DNA of 64,000 nucleotides from Somniosus microcephalus. Taxonomy: Eukaryota. A program made the position numbers and the translations under genes. Under the pieces are notes generated by a model. The model saw only the letters and a list, made by a program, of their open reading frames with translations, was not told the origin of the DNA and did no database searches. Positions 1 through 13,789 of this stretch are shown here, in pieces. The stretch covers positions 51,398,001 through 51,462,000 of the forward strand of contig CM126227.1 of the NCBI GenBank assembly GCA_052327205.1, read 5' to 3'. The first letter of the stretch is position 1. Each line of letters starts with the position of its first letter.

Positions 1-258
1 AAATGCTTCCCTTCATAACCACGCAGTAGCAGACTGAGCTTGCACAGGTCTTGCTGGGTGTGTGCAAGGGCAATATTTTAGTAATTTTAAAAACTGATAC
101 TCATTGAATTCAGCAAGAATAGAAATCTAGGACAAGAACACCATTTTGAATATCCCAGAACCATCCCACCGAAAGCAGAGTCATTAACAGAGGGCCTGGC
201 CTCCACAGCCCCCTCACTCCAAAGAGCCAGCCCCATAGCAGCCCGCCAAACAGATTCC

Positions 259-778
259 GATCCCACAGCCCCTCACTCCCAGAGAATCCCATCCCACAGC
301 CCCTCACTCCCAGAGAATCCCATCCCACAGCCCCTCACTCCCAGAGATTCCGATCCCACAGCCCCTCACTCCCAGAGATTCCGATCCCACAGCCCCTCAC
401 TCCCAGAGATTCCGATCCCACAGCCCCTCACTCCCAGAGATTCCGATCCCACAGCCCCTCACTCCCAGAGATTCCGATCCCACAGCCCCTCACTCCCAGA
501 GAATCCCATCCCACAGCCCCTCACTCCCAGAGATTCCGATCCCACAGCCCCTCACTCCCAGAGATTCCGATCCCACAGCCCCTCACTCCCAGAGATTCTG
601 ATCCCACAGCCCCTCACTCCCAGAGATTCCGATCCCACAGCCCCTCACTCCCAGAGATTCCGATCCCACAGCCCCTCACTCCCAGAGATTCCGATCCCAC
701 AGCCCCTCACTCCCAGAGAATCCCATCCCACAGCCCCTCACTCCCAGAGAATCCCATCCCACAGCCCCTCACTCCCAA
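259..778. repeat. 31-bp minisatellite (CCCACAGCCCCTCACTCCCAGAGATTCCGAT)n, about 16 copies
   Basis: Direct tandem periodicity; two variants (GATTCCGAT / GAATCCCAT). Confidence 0.95.
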
Positions 779-2239
779 AACTCTTATGTCTCAGGTTCCC
801 CAAAACTCCCACAGCCCCCCAGCATCATCTCACAGCTTCATTACACCCTAAAATGTGCCTTATCCTAATGCACCTTTATTCCCAAGGAGAATCGTACCTC
901 AGTCTTCCCGCTTATTCCCACAACAGCATTACCCAAAAGAATTTTATTCCATATCCTTTATCACCCAAGAAATAAATCCTTCATAAGGTCTTAATGCTCT
1001 AAATGATATGCAGCCCCCACACACCTCAGAAGTGAATCGAGGCCCGGATTTGTTCTGGGGAGATCCACCTGCGAGGCACACTCACTCAATGACATTTCTG
1101 TTCTATCAAAGGCTATATCCGTATACTCTGTCTGCTTTCTTGTTGTCTTGCTGTCTGCACTCAAACTGTTGTCTATCACCACTTCCTTGGTTCCATGAGT
1201 TCTGGCCTCCACCTTCTCCAGTGTGGGGTTGTACATCAGACTGCGTGGTGCTACATGTTGCTTTGTACTCCCACACCACAGGGTCAGTACCAGAGTGCCA
1301 GCTTGTTTTGATCTATAGCTAATTTAAGTTGATTATGGATCCGAACTAAATCCCAGAACAGGTCTGAGGGGATGGCAGCGAGATCGCAAACCTTGAGGAT
1401 ACGAGGCAGCTACAGAATTAAGACCCTACGAGGGAGGTAACCTGTCTGACTTCCTCATTCACCATCTTACACACACTGGGAGACTAACTTAACAGGACAA
1501 GGGCTGGGAGGAGGTACTGGGGAGGGCAGAATATTGTCAAATCTACACTGTTTAATATATAGACAGAGGTTACTCCACATAGCAGCTTAGGTGGAATGAA
1601 TCTCCAGTTCCAACTTGTGTGGAGAAGGATTAAAGGAAAGGATTACAATCGCCTGTTCTAAATTAAACTGAGACAATACTTTAGCCAGAAACCCGTGAGA
1701 TCAAAAAGGGCTGACTGACTGCTAAAGCTTATGAGGAATGCAGGCTAAAACCTCAAAACTCAACAGCAGAGCCATGCTTGGGCAACAGAAACACTGATAA
1801 TTTCCAGAGATGGTACATGGTGTGAAGTGGGCATGGTAACTTGATGCAGTGATGAGCTACAGGTAGTTGATAGGCAGGTGGCGCCAGCGATCCTCCTCTA
1901 ACCTTGCTCTTTTTTAAATAGTTAACCAGACAGGCAAATCTGGAAAAAAATAACCATACTAACTATTTCAGCGTACAGTTTCCGCAGGAACAGAGAACAG
2001 CATTCCTGGCCGGGCATATTTGCAATACAGGAGCAGGCTGGCTGTCTAGTAGTCCCAAAATGTGTCGTAAATCGTCATCAATCGAGCAAAGGACCACTCC
2101 AGAGTGAAACCAGACCGGATTAACTCATGCGGGTATGGAGAATGTGGAGGCCGATAGTTAGATTATTACCTGTTCCTGAATATTCCATAAAATAATAGGT
2201 TTAAACCAAAGCAGCAGAGAGGAATGGGCTGGGACCTAC

Positions 2240-2385
2240 CTGCTCCCTCCCGGATTACTGAGCTCAGCTTGGAGCTGAACAGCACGTCCACATGATTGAG
2301 GATGAATTCCACCACCACAGACTGAATACGAACCTCCATAAAGGCAGCAGTGCCGCTGAAACAGGCAGATTCGATCTGCCGGGAC
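2240..2385 (-). CDS. ARHGAP32: ARHGAP32 coding exon (SRQIESACFSGTAAFMEVRIQSVVVEFILNHVDVLFSSKLSSVIREGA)
   Basis: Acceptor ttttAG 2387-2386, donor GTAGG 2239; 146 nt, phase 2/1. QIESACFSGTAAFMEVRIQSVVVEFILNHVDVLFS matches ARHGAP32 as I recall it. Gene continues beyond the left window edge. Confidence 0.93.
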
Positions 2386-2436
2386 CTAAAAACAGTCAGA
2401 CCAGCCACAGTGAAAGAGGGAAACATGCAGCTCCTC

Positions 2437-5400
2437 CCAGCAACAGAGACCCCCCCAGTAACAGAGACCCCCCAGTAACAGAGACCCCTAGTAACAGAGA
2501 CCCCCAGTAACAGAGACCCCCAGTAACAGACCCCCAGTAACAGACCCCCAGTAACAGAGACCCCCCAGTAACAGAGACCCCCAGTAACAGAGACCCCTAG
2601 TAACAGACCCTCCAGTAACAGAGACCCCCAGTAACAGAGACCCCCAGTAACAGAGACCCCCAGTAACAGACCCCCAGTAACAGAGACTCCCAGTAACAGA
2701 CCCCCAGTAACAGAGACCCCCAGTAACAGATCCCCAGTAACAGAGACCCCCCAGTAACAGACCCCCAGTAACAGATCCCCAGTAACAGAGACCCCCCAGT
2801 AACAGAGACCCCCCAGTAACAGAGACCCCCAGTAACAGACCCCCAGTAACAGAGACCCCCCAGTAACAGAGACCCCCAGTAACAGAGACCCCCAGTAACA
2901 GAGACCCCCCAGTAACAGAGACCCCTAGTAACAGACCCTCCAGTAACAGAGACCCCCAGTAACAGAGACCCCCAGTAACAGACCCCCAGTAACAGAGACC
3001 CCCAGTAACAGAGACCCCCCCAGTAACAGAGACCCCCAGTAACAGACCCTCCAGTAACAGAGACCCCCAGTAACAGAGACCCCCAGTAACAGACCCCCAG
3101 TAACAGAGACCCCCAGTAACAGAGACCCCCAGTAACAGAGACCCCCAGTAACAGAGACCCCCAGTAACAGACCCCCAGTAACAGAGACCCCCAGTAACAG
3201 AGACCCAGTAACAGAGACCCCCAGTAACAGAGACCCCCAGTAACAGAGACCCCCAGTAACAGAGACCCCCAGTAAGAGACCCCCAGTAACAGAGACCCCC
3301 CAGTAACAGAGATCCCCCAGTAACAGAGACCCAGTAACAGAGACCCCCCAGTAACAGAGACCCCCAGTAACAGAGACCCAGTAACAGAGACCCAGTAACA
3401 GAGAGCCCCAGTAACAGAGACCCCCAGTAACAGACACCCAGTAACAGAGACCCCCCAGTAACAGACCCCCAGTAACAGAGACCCCAGTAACAGAGACCCC
3501 CAGTAACAGACCCCCAGTAACAGAGACTCCCAGTAACAGACCCACAGTAACAGACACCCAGTAACAGAGACCCCCCAGTAACAGAGACCCCCCTGTAACA
3601 GAGACCCCCCAGTAACAGAGACCCCAGTAACAGAGACCCCCCAGTAACAGAGATACCCCAGTAACAGAGACCCAGTAACAGAGACCCCCCCAGTAACAGA
3701 GACCCCCAGTAACAGAGACCCAGTAACAGAGACCCAGTAACAGAGACCCCCAGTAACAGAGAGCCCCAGTAACAGAGAGCCCCAGTAACAGAGACCCCCA
3801 GTAACAGACACCCAGTAACAGAGACTCCCCAGTAACAGACCCCCAGTAACAGAGACCCCAGTAACAGAGACCCCCAGTAACAGACCCCCAGTAACAGAGA
3901 CTCCCAGTAACAGACCCACAGTAACAGACACCCAGTAACAGACCCCCAGTAACAGAGACCCCCCTGTAACAGAGACCCCCCAGTAACAGAGACCCCAGTA
4001 ACAGAGACCCCCAGTAACAGAGACCCCCCAGTAACAGACCCCCAGTAACAGACCCCCAGTAACAGAGACTCCCAGTAACAGATCCCCAGTAACAGAGACC
4101 CCCCAGTAACAGAGACCCCCAGTAACAGAGACCCCCAGTAACAGACCCCCCAGTAACAGACCCCCAGTAACATAGACCCCCCAGTAAGAGGCCCCCAGTA
4201 ACAGAGACCCCCAGTAACAGAGACCCCCAGTAACAGAGACCCCCAGTAACAGACTCCCCAGTAACAGACCCCCAGTAACAGACCCCCAGTAACAGAGACC
4301 CCAGTAACAGACCCCCAGTAACAGACCCCCCAGTAACAGAGACCCCCCAGGTAACAGAGACCCCCAGTAACAGACCCCCAGTAACAGAGACTCCCAGTAA
4401 CAGAGACCCCCCAGTAACAGAGACCCCCAGTAACAGAGACCCCCCAGTAACAGAGACCCCCAGTAACAGACCCCCAGTAACAGAGACTCCCACTAACAGA
4501 CCCCCAGTAACAGAGACCCCCCAGTAACAGAGACCCCCAGTAACAGAGACCCCCAGTAACAGACCCCCAGTAACAGACGCCCAGTAACAGACCCCGCAGT
4601 AACAGACCCCGCAGTAACAGACCCCCAGTAACAGACCCCCCCAGTAACAGAGACCCCCAGTGACAGAGACCCCCAGTGACAGACCCCCCAGTAACAGAGA
4701 CTCCCAGTAACAGACCCCCAGTAACAGAGACCCCCAGTAACAGACCTCCCAGTAACAGAGACCCCCAGTAACAGAGACCCCCAGTAACAGACCCCCAGTA
4801 ACAGAGACCCCCAGTAACAGAGACCCCCAGTAACAGAGACCCCGCAGTAACAGAGACCCCCAGTAACAGACCCCCCAGTAACAGACCCCCAGTAACAGAG
4901 ACCCCCAGTAACAGAGACCCCCGCAGTAACAGAGACCCCCAGTAACAGACCCCCCAGTAACAGACCCCCAGTAACAGAGACCCCCAGTAACAGAGACCCC
5001 CAGTAACGGAGACCCACAGTAACAGAGACCCCCAGTAACAGACCCCCAGTAACAGAGACCCCCCAGTAACAGAGATCCCCCAGTAACAGAGACCCCCCAG
5101 TAACAGAGACCCAGTAACAGAGACCCCCAGTAACAGAGACCCCCAGTAACAGAGACCCCCAGTAACAGACACCCAGTAACAGAGACCCCCCAGTAACAGA
5201 CCCCCAGTAACTGAGACCCCAGTAACAGAGACCCCCAGTAACAGACCCCCAGTAACAGAGACTCCCAGTAACAGACCCACAGTAACAGACACCCAGTAAC
5301 AGACCCCCAGTAACAGAGACCCCCCTGTAACAGAGACCCCCCAGTAACAGAGACCCCAGTAACAGAGACCCCCAGTAACAGAGACCCCCCAGTAACAGAC

Positions 5401-8400
5401 CCCCAGTAACAGACCCCCAGTAACAGAGACTCCCAGTAACAGATCCCCAGTAACAGAGACCCCCCAGTAACAGAGACCCCCAGTAACAGAGACCCCCAGT
5501 AACAGACCCCCCAGTAACAGACCCCCAGTAACATAGACCCCCCAGTAAGAGGCCCCCAGTAACAGAGACCCCCAGTAACAGAGACCCCCAGTAACAGAGA
5601 CCCCCAGTAACAGACTCCCCAGTAACAGACCCCCAGTAACAGACCCCCAGTAACAGAGACCCCAGTAACAGACCCCCAGTAACAGACCCCCCAGTAACAG
5701 AGACCCCCCAGGTAACAGAGACCCCCAGTAACAGACCCCCAGTAACAGAGACTCCCAGTAACAGAGACCCCCCAGTAACAGAGACCCCCAGTAACAGAGA
5801 CCCCCAGTAACAGACCCCCAGTAACAGAGACTCCCACTAACAGACCCCCAGTAACAGAGACCCCCCAGTAACAGAGACCCCCAGTAACAGAGACCCCCAG
5901 TAACAGAGACCCCCAGTAACAGACGCCCAGTAACAGACCCCGCAGTAACAGACCCCGCAGTAACAGACCCCCAGTAACAGACCCCCCCAGTGACAGAGAC
6001 CCCCAGTGACAGAGACCCCCAGTGACAGAGACCCCCAGTGACAGACCCCCCAGTAACAGAGACTCCCAGTAACAGACCCCCAGTAACAGAGACCCCCAGT
6101 AACAGACCTCCCAGTAACAGAGACCCCCAGTAACAGAGACCCCCAGTAACAGACCCCCAGTAACAGAGACCCCCAGTAACAGAGACCCCCAGTAACAGAG
6201 ACCCCGCAGTAACAGAGACCCCCAGTAACAGACCCCCCAGTAACAGACCCCCAGTAACAGAGACCCCCAGTAACAGAGACCCCCGCAGTAACAGAGACCC
6301 CCAGTAACAGACCCCCCAGTAACAGACCCCCAGTAACAGAGACCCCCAGTAACAGAGACCCCCAGTAACGGAGACCCCCAGTAATGGAGACCCCCAGTAA
6401 CAGACCCCCAGTAACAGAGACCCACAGTAACAGAGACCCCCAGTAACAGAGACCCCCAGTAACAGACCCCCCCAGTAACAGACCCCCCCAGTAACAGAGA
6501 CCCCCAGTAACAGACCCCCAGTAACAGGCCCCCCAGTAACAGACCCCCAGTAACAGAGACCCCCAGTAACAGACCCCCAGCAACAGACCCCCAGTAACAG
6601 AGACCCCCCAGTAACAGAGACCCCCAGTAACAGACACCCAGTAACAGAGACCCCCAGTAACAGACCCCCAGTAACAGACCCCCAGTAACAGAGACCCCCA
6701 GTAACAGAGACCCCCAGTAACAGACCCCCCAGTAACAGAGACCCCCAGTAAGAGACCCCCAGTAAGAGACCCCCAGCAACAGACCCCTAGTAACAGAGAC
6801 CCCCCAGTAACAGAGACCCCCAGTAACAGACACCCCCAGTAACAGACCCCCAGTAACAGAGCCCCCAGTAACAGACCCCCCAGTAACAGACCCCCAGTAA
6901 CAGAGACCCCCAGTAACAGAGACCCCCAGTAACAGAGACCCCCAGTAACAGAGACCCCCAGTAACAGACCCCCCAGTAACAGAGACCCCCAGTAACAGAC
7001 CCCCAGTAACAGAGACCCCCCAGTAACAGACCCCCCGTAACAGACCCCCAGTAACAGACCCCCCAGTAACAGAGACCCCCCCAGTAACAGAGACCCCCAG
7101 TAACAGGGAGCCCCCCAGTAACAGAGACCCCCAGTAACGGAGACCCCCAGTAATGGAGACCCCCAGTAACAGACCCCCAGTAACAGAGACCCACAGTAAC
7201 AGAGACCCCCAGTAACAGAGACCCCCAGTAACAGACCCCCCCAGTAACAGACCCCCCCAGTAACAGAGACCCCCAGTAACAGACCCCCAGTAACAGGCCC
7301 CCCAGTAACAGACCCCCAGTAACAGAGACCCCCAGTAACAGACCCCCAGCAACAGACCCCCAGTAACAGAGACCCCCCAGTAACAGAGACCCCCAGTAAC
7401 AGACACCCAGTAACAGAGACCCCCAGTAACAGACCCCCAGTAACAGACCCCCAGTAACAGAGACCCCCAGTAACAGAGACCCCCAGTAACAGACCCCCCA
7501 GTAACAGAGACCCCCAGTAAGAGACCCCCAGTAAGAGACCCCCAGCAACAGACCCCTAGTAACAGAGACCCCCCAGTAACAGAGACCCCCAGTAACAGAC
7601 ACCCCCAGTAACAGACCCCCAGTAACAGAGCCCCCAGTAACAGACCCCCCAGTAACAGACCCCCAGTAACAGAGACCCCCAGTAACAGAGACCCCCAGTA
7701 ACAGAGACCCCCAGTAACAGAGACCCCCAGTAACAGACCCCCCAGTAACAGAGACCCCCAGTAACAGACCCCCAGTAACAGAGACCCCCCAGTAACAGAC
7801 CCCCCGTAACAGACCCCCAGTAACAGACCCCCCAGTAACAGAGACCCCCCCAGTAACAGAGACCCCCAGTAACAGGGAGCCCCCCAGTAACAGAGACCCC
7901 CAGTAACAGGGAGCCCCAGTAACAGAGACGCCCCCAGTAACAGGGAGCCCCAGTAACAGACCCCCCAGTAACAGGGAGTCCCAGTAACAGAGACCCCCCA
8001 GTAACAGACCCCCCAGTAACAGACCCCCAGTAACAGAGACCCCCAGTAACAGAGACCCCCAGTAACAGAGACCCCCAGTAACAGACACCCAGTAACAGAG
8101 ACCCCCCAGTAACAGACCCCCAGTAACAGAGACCCCCAGTAACAGACCCCCAGTAACAGAGACTCCCAGTAACAGACCCCCAGTAACAGACCCCCAGTAA
8201 CAGAGACCCCCCTGTAACAGAGACCCCCCAGTAACAGAGACCCCAGTAACAGAGACCCCCAGTAACAGAGACCCCCCAGTAACAGACCCCCAGTAACAGA
8301 GACTCCCAGTAACAGATCCCCAGTAACAGAGACCCCCCAGTAACAGAGACCCCCAGTAACAGAGACCCCCAGTAACAGAGACCCCCAGTAACAGACCCCC

Positions 8401-9813
8401 CAGTAACAAACCCCCAGTAACAGAGACCCCCCAGTAACAGAGACCCCCAGTAACAGAGACCCCCAGTAACAGAGACCCCCAGTAACAGACCCCCAGTAAC
8501 AGGCCCCCAGTAACAGAGACCCCAGTAACAGACCCCCAGTAACAGGCCCCCAAGTAACAGAGACCCCCAGTAACAGACCCCCAGTAACAGAGACTCCCAG
8601 TAACAGACCCCCAGTAACAGAGACCCCCCAGTAACAGACCCCGCAGTAACAGACCCCGCATAACAGACCCCCCAGTAACAGACCCCCCAGTAACAGAGAC
8701 CCCCAGTAACAGACCCCCCCAGTAACAGAGACCCCCAGTGACAGAGACCCCCAGTAACAGAGACTCCCAGTAACAGACCCCCAGTAACAGAGACCCCCAG
8801 TAACAGGCCTCCCAGTAACAGAGACCCCCAGTAACAGAGACCCCCAGTAACAGACCCCCAGTAACAGAGACCCCCAGTAACAGCGACCCCGCAGTAACAG
8901 AGACCCCCAGTAACAGACCCCCCAGTAACAGACCCCCAGTAACAGACCCCCAGTAAAAGAGACCCCCAGTAACAGAGACCCCCAGTAACAGAGACCCCCG
9001 CAGTAACAGAGACCCCCAGTAACAGACCCCCCAGTATCAGACCCCCAGTAACAGAGACCCCCAGTAACAGAGACCCCCAATAACGGAGACCCCCAGTAAC
9101 AGAGACCCCCAGTAACAGACCCCCAGTAACAGAGACCCCCAGTAACAGAGACCCCCAGTAACAGAGACCCCCAGTAACAGACCCCCAGTAACAGAGACCC
9201 CCAGTAACAGGCCCCCCAGTAACAGACCCCCAGTAACAGAGACCCCCAGTAACAGAGACCCCCAGTAACAGAGACCCCCAGTAACAGACCCCCAGTAACA
9301 GACCCCCAGTAACAGAGACCCCCCAGTAACAGAGACCCCCAGTAACAGACCCCCCAGTAACAGACCCCCAGTAACAGAGACCCCCAGTAACAGAGACCCC
9401 CAGTAACAGACCCCCAGTAACAGACCCCCCAGTAACAGAGACCCCCAGTAACAGACCCCCAGTAACAGAGACCCCCCAGTAACAGACCCCCCAGTAACAG
9501 ACCCCCCCCCAGTAACAGAGACCCCCCCAGTAACAGGGAGCCCCAGTAACAGGGAGCCCCAGTAACAGAGACCCCCCCAGTAACAGGGAGCCCCAGTAAC
9601 AGACCCCCCAGTAACAGGGAGCCCCAGTAACAGAGACCCCCAGTAACAGAGACCCCCCAGTAACAGACCCCCAGTAACAGAGACCCCCCAGTAACAGACC
9701 CCCCAGTAACAGAGACCCCCAGTAACAGAGACCCCCAGTAACAGAGACCCCCAGTAACAGACCCCCCAGTAACAGAGACCCCCAGTGACAGATCCCCAGT
9801 AACAGGGAGCCCC
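2437..9813. repeat. About 7.4-kb satellite, variable 14-18 bp unit C(3-8)AGTAACAG(AG)A
   Basis: Continuous tandem array; explains the 444-2298 aa repetitive minus-strand ORFs. Confidence 0.98.
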
Positions 9814-10311
9814 TCTCTCACAGTACTGTAAATCCAGTTACTTTAACAATCTTTTGAAAAATACATTATAAGTTGTCTTCACTTCACAGCAATGATTTAA
9901 CTGCCGATTTAACAGTTTCGCATCAGGGAGCACCTCTGTAATGTAACCTTGATTCCGAGTTTGCCCTTTAAAGCTGCTTGTTCATACTGCACCATTCCAG
10001 TATTCAGCAAACGAACACACACGTGGCATTATGGCGCCGTTGCCAACATCAAGCAGTCCCAGGTCAGATACAACACACTTAACTGCCGAGTCCAACTCCT
10101 ACTCTACTTCAACAATGACCACCTGAAAAGAGCAGCCCCTAGTTCACCGTGAGCAGGGCTGCCAGTCGAAGCTCCCCGGGTCCAGGCATTAATCACGTGA
10201 CCAGGTCAACAGTTACACTCTAAGCCTTCAAAGCCGATTCTCAGCTTGCGGATGAGGAAAGGGATGTTAAGGGTATTAAGTTTTGTTTTCCCAAGAGATA
10301 TAAGGCATATA

Positions 10312-10730
10312 GAATGAACAAACATGGGTTTATATAGCACCTTCCACTTCCTCAGGATGTCCCAAAGTGCTTTACAACCAATGAAATACTTCTGAAGTTG
10401 TTTTGTAGGCAAAGTTGGAAGTCAATTTGCACACAGCAATGTCCCAGAAACAGCACTGAAATGAATGAGCAGTCTGTTTTAGTGATATTGGTAAATACTG
10501 ACCAGGGCACCAGTATTATCCTGCTGTTCAAATAGAGCTATGACATCTTTTACATCCATGAAAACAAGCAGTTTAACGTCTCATCTGAAAGAGAGCACCT
10601 TCGACAGTGCAGCACTCCCTCTGTACTGCACTGGAGCCTAGATTATGTGCTTAAGTCCTGGAGTGGGGCTTGAACCCACAACCTCCTGACTCAGAGGCAA
10701 GAGTGCTGCCCACTGAGCCACTACTGACAC
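10312..10730 (-). mobile_element. tRNA-derived Deu-domain SINE (SacSINE1-like) with L2-type tail
   Basis: Minus strand: tRNA-like head (GTGGCTCAGTGGG...GGTTCAAGCCCC), GATGAGACGTTAAAC core, tail GGTGCTATATAAA; similar copies elsewhere in the window. Confidence 0.75.
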
Positions 10731-11402
10731 TTACAAATTGATGAGGTGGAAATAAAAGATGGATAAAGTTAAGATAGAGAGTGAAAGTATGGAGGTGGAG
10801 GAAAGGAAATCAGGGTGTGCATAACTAAAGGATTTAACGTGTTTTATTTTTAATTAAAGTCCTGAACCTGCTGGCACTCTAAGTTGATATCTGTGAATAA
10901 GACATTTCCATACACGTTCAATGTGCAGCCACAGCCTTGCAGATAAACAAGAAATGTTCAAGCCTTCTTTAATTCAGGATCTGTACCAGCCATTAACAAC
11001 ACCCAGAGGCTACTTCTATCTATAGATATCTGATAGCTGAGTTAAAGAACTGAAAGATAGTGCTTTAAATGTTGTGACACTAACCTCAGTTTTAGCAAAG
11101 TTATTAAGTAGGTACACTGCTCCACATTAACCTATATATACCTCAATGGTCACTTTAACCGTACAAAGTTGCCTCCAACAGTAAATGGGTCACCAGAGAT
11201 CCCTGCAGGCTGACCTGACATACGTCGCAAGACATTTTTCACTGCCTAGCTCCAGTACCACCTGTCACAATCACTTGGTGTGAGGTTGACTATTTCGATT
11301 CTGGCGAAGTCAGTTTAACATTGAAGGCCTATATACAGCAGCCCCAGCTTCACCACTTCTCCGCAGCTCAGATGCCCCGGTTATCAGTCCGCCTGCTCTC
11401 AC

Positions 11403-11510
11403 CTCAGAAGGTTTGGCGCCCAGACGATAGCCAGGTTCTTGGTGTGCATGTTGGTGATGTAACTGAAGGTCGCCAATCGAGCCAAGTGCCTCATCAGAAA
11501 CTCCAGGGTC
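11403..11510 (-). CDS. ARHGAP32: ARHGAP32 coding exon (TLEFLMRHLARLATFSYITNMHTKNLAIVWAPNLLR)
   Basis: Translated by hand. Acceptor gtccAG 11512-11511, donor GTGAG 11402; 108 nt, phase 2/2; NM..KNLAIVWAPNLLR RhoGAP C-terminal motif. Confidence 0.95.
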
Positions 11511-12205
11511 CTGGACACAGAATAAATCACCAGTTACCCAAGTTTCAGCATAATATCAAGAGGACATGGAGGAGGAATTTCACAAGTACGGCAGTCACAC
11601 TTCACCCTAGTGGTGCTAAGACAGCCAATTCAAATAGAAGAAAGCAGTTAGAGGAGTGGTGTGCATTAATCCGGTGATGTTAATGCAATTCTGTTTACAC
11701 TTGGCCAAATTAATACTGTTTTGGGAACAAGTCAAGTGACACACAGTTGCCAGAAGTGAGGGGAGCAGGAGTAACAGCACACAACGTCCCAAACCAGTCA
11801 TCAAGAGGAGATTGGTACACAATGCTTGTGTCAACAGTTGTGAATAAAAGCCGCGTGCAACAGTGCCCCAAGGGCAGCAGACTCTAAGAATGCTGACGGG
11901 TCTTGGTGTGACAGAGATACTAGTGTAACCAGCGTGGGGTTACTGCAGACCAGGTGCTGCCCCATCACCCAAACCTACCAATGTAGCAGTTCTTAATTTT
12001 CTTCCTTTGAGTGCTGCGGCTGTATTTCTGCGCCAGGACTGACAGAGATACTATTACCACTGTTAACGGAACGCAGAGATTTAAATCCATTCGATATTCA
12101 GCCTCCTACATTTTTTACAATGCAAAATTTATCACAGCAAAGATTATATGAAAGAGTAGGCACGTGGAAGAGCTTCGCAGGGTTAATCAGACGCAGTGTG
12201 CTTAC

Positions 12206-12288
12206 CTGTAATGAGGAGGAGGAAGCTGCTGGATGACATCGTGAATTTTAATCAAACGATCCTCATCTGAAGCCACCGACACAGAATC
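12206..12288 (-). CDS. ARHGAP32: ARHGAP32 coding exon (DSVSVASDEDRLIKIHDVIQQLPPPHYR)
   Basis: Not in the ORF track; translated by hand. Acceptor cctgcAG 12290-12289, donor GTAAG 12205; 83 nt, phase 0/2. Confidence 0.93.
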
Positions 12289-12314
12289 CTGCAGGACACG
12301 AGCAGTCAGTCAAA

Positions 12315-13475
12315 CCCCTCACTGAGCACACTCACCCCCCCTGAGCACACTCACCCCTCCTGAGCACACTCACCCCCCCTGAGCACACTCACCCCCCCTC
12401 ACTGAACACACTCACCCCTCACTGAACACACTCACCCCCCTCACTGAACACACTCACCCCCCTCACTGAACACACTCACCCCCCTCACTGAACACACTCA
12501 CCCCCCTCACTGAACACACTCACCCCCCCTCACTGAACACACTCACCCCCCTCACTGAACACACTCACCCCCCCTCACTGAACACACTCACCCCCCCTCA
12601 CTGAACACACTCACCCCCCCTCACTGAACACACTCACCCACCCTGAGCACACTCACCCCCCCTCACTGAACACACTCACCCACCCTGAACACACTCACCC
12701 CCTCACTGAACACACTCACCCCCCCCTCACTGAACACACTCGCCCCCCCTCACTGAACACACTCACCCCCCCACCCTGAACACACTCACCCCCCCTCACT
12801 GAGCACACTCACCCCCCCTCACTGAACACACTCACCCCCCCTCACTGAACACACTCACCCCCCTCACTGAGCACACTCACCCCCCCCTCACTGAACACAC
12901 TCACCCCCCCTCACTGAACACACTCACCCCCCCCTCACTGAACACACTCACCCCCCCTCACTGAACACACTCACCCCCCCTCACTGAGCACACTCACCCC
13001 CCCCTCACTGAACACACTCACCCCCCCTCACTGAGCACACTCACCCCCCCTCACTGAACACACTCACCCCCCCTCACTGAACACACTCACCCCCCCTCAC
13101 TGAGCACACTCACCCCCCTCACTGAACACACTCACCCCCCCTCACTGAACACACTCGCCCCCCCCTCACTGAACACACTCGCCCCCCCTCACTGAACACA
13201 CTCACCCCCTCACTGAACACACTCACCCCCCCTCACTGAACACTCACCCCCCCTCACTGAACACACTCACCCCCCCTCACTGAACACACTCACCCCCCCT
13301 CACTGAGCACACTCACCCCACCTCACTGAACACACTCACCCCCCTCACTGAACACACTCGCCCCCCCTCACTGAACACACTCACCCCCCCTCACTGAGCA
13401 CACTCACCCCCCTCACTGAACACACTCACCCCCCTCACTGGACACACTCGCCCCCCCTCACTGAACACACTCACC
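12315..13475. repeat. About 22-bp minisatellite (CCCCCCTCACTGAACACACTCA)n, about 50 copies
   Basis: Tandem periodicity with variable C-run. Confidence 0.97.
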
Positions 13476-13789
13476 GTCCCCACCCCCCAACTGGGAAATG
13501 GCCTTGCAAGGTCAGGGGTGGCTGGTAATGGGTGCGGGCTTGGAGTCTGATCTTGTTGCTGTGCATCTGTGTCTCCTTGTTCCTTTATGTGTGTTTGTGT
13601 CTGTCGGTATACCCACCATGCTATGGTACTAATGAACAGAGTGAGCAGTAGAATTTAGCGCAATAAATTTTAAAGTGTGCTGTAACATTATCTAAAGAGC
13701 GCAAATGGAAAGAGACAGTTTTTGGTTTTGTGCATGTTGCTGTGGTTGAGTGTGTAGTTATCGCTCCGTGTCTGATAGTATTTCTGGGG

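Noticed and set aside
991-1322. Protein-like minus ORF MYNPTLEKVEART... as a possible extra ARHGAP32 exon
   Set aside because: No recognisable similarity, and the nearest acceptor phase does not fit the phase-1 end of exon 2240-2385.
2488-9821. Very long ORFs (up to 2298 aa) of GGLCYWGSLLLGVSVT repeats
   Set aside because: Translation of a satellite whose minus strand lacks stop codons; open in several frames; intronic.
10660-10730. tRNA-like A/B box sequence (also near 36630-36697)
   Set aside because: SINE head without a complete cloverleaf; not a tRNA gene.
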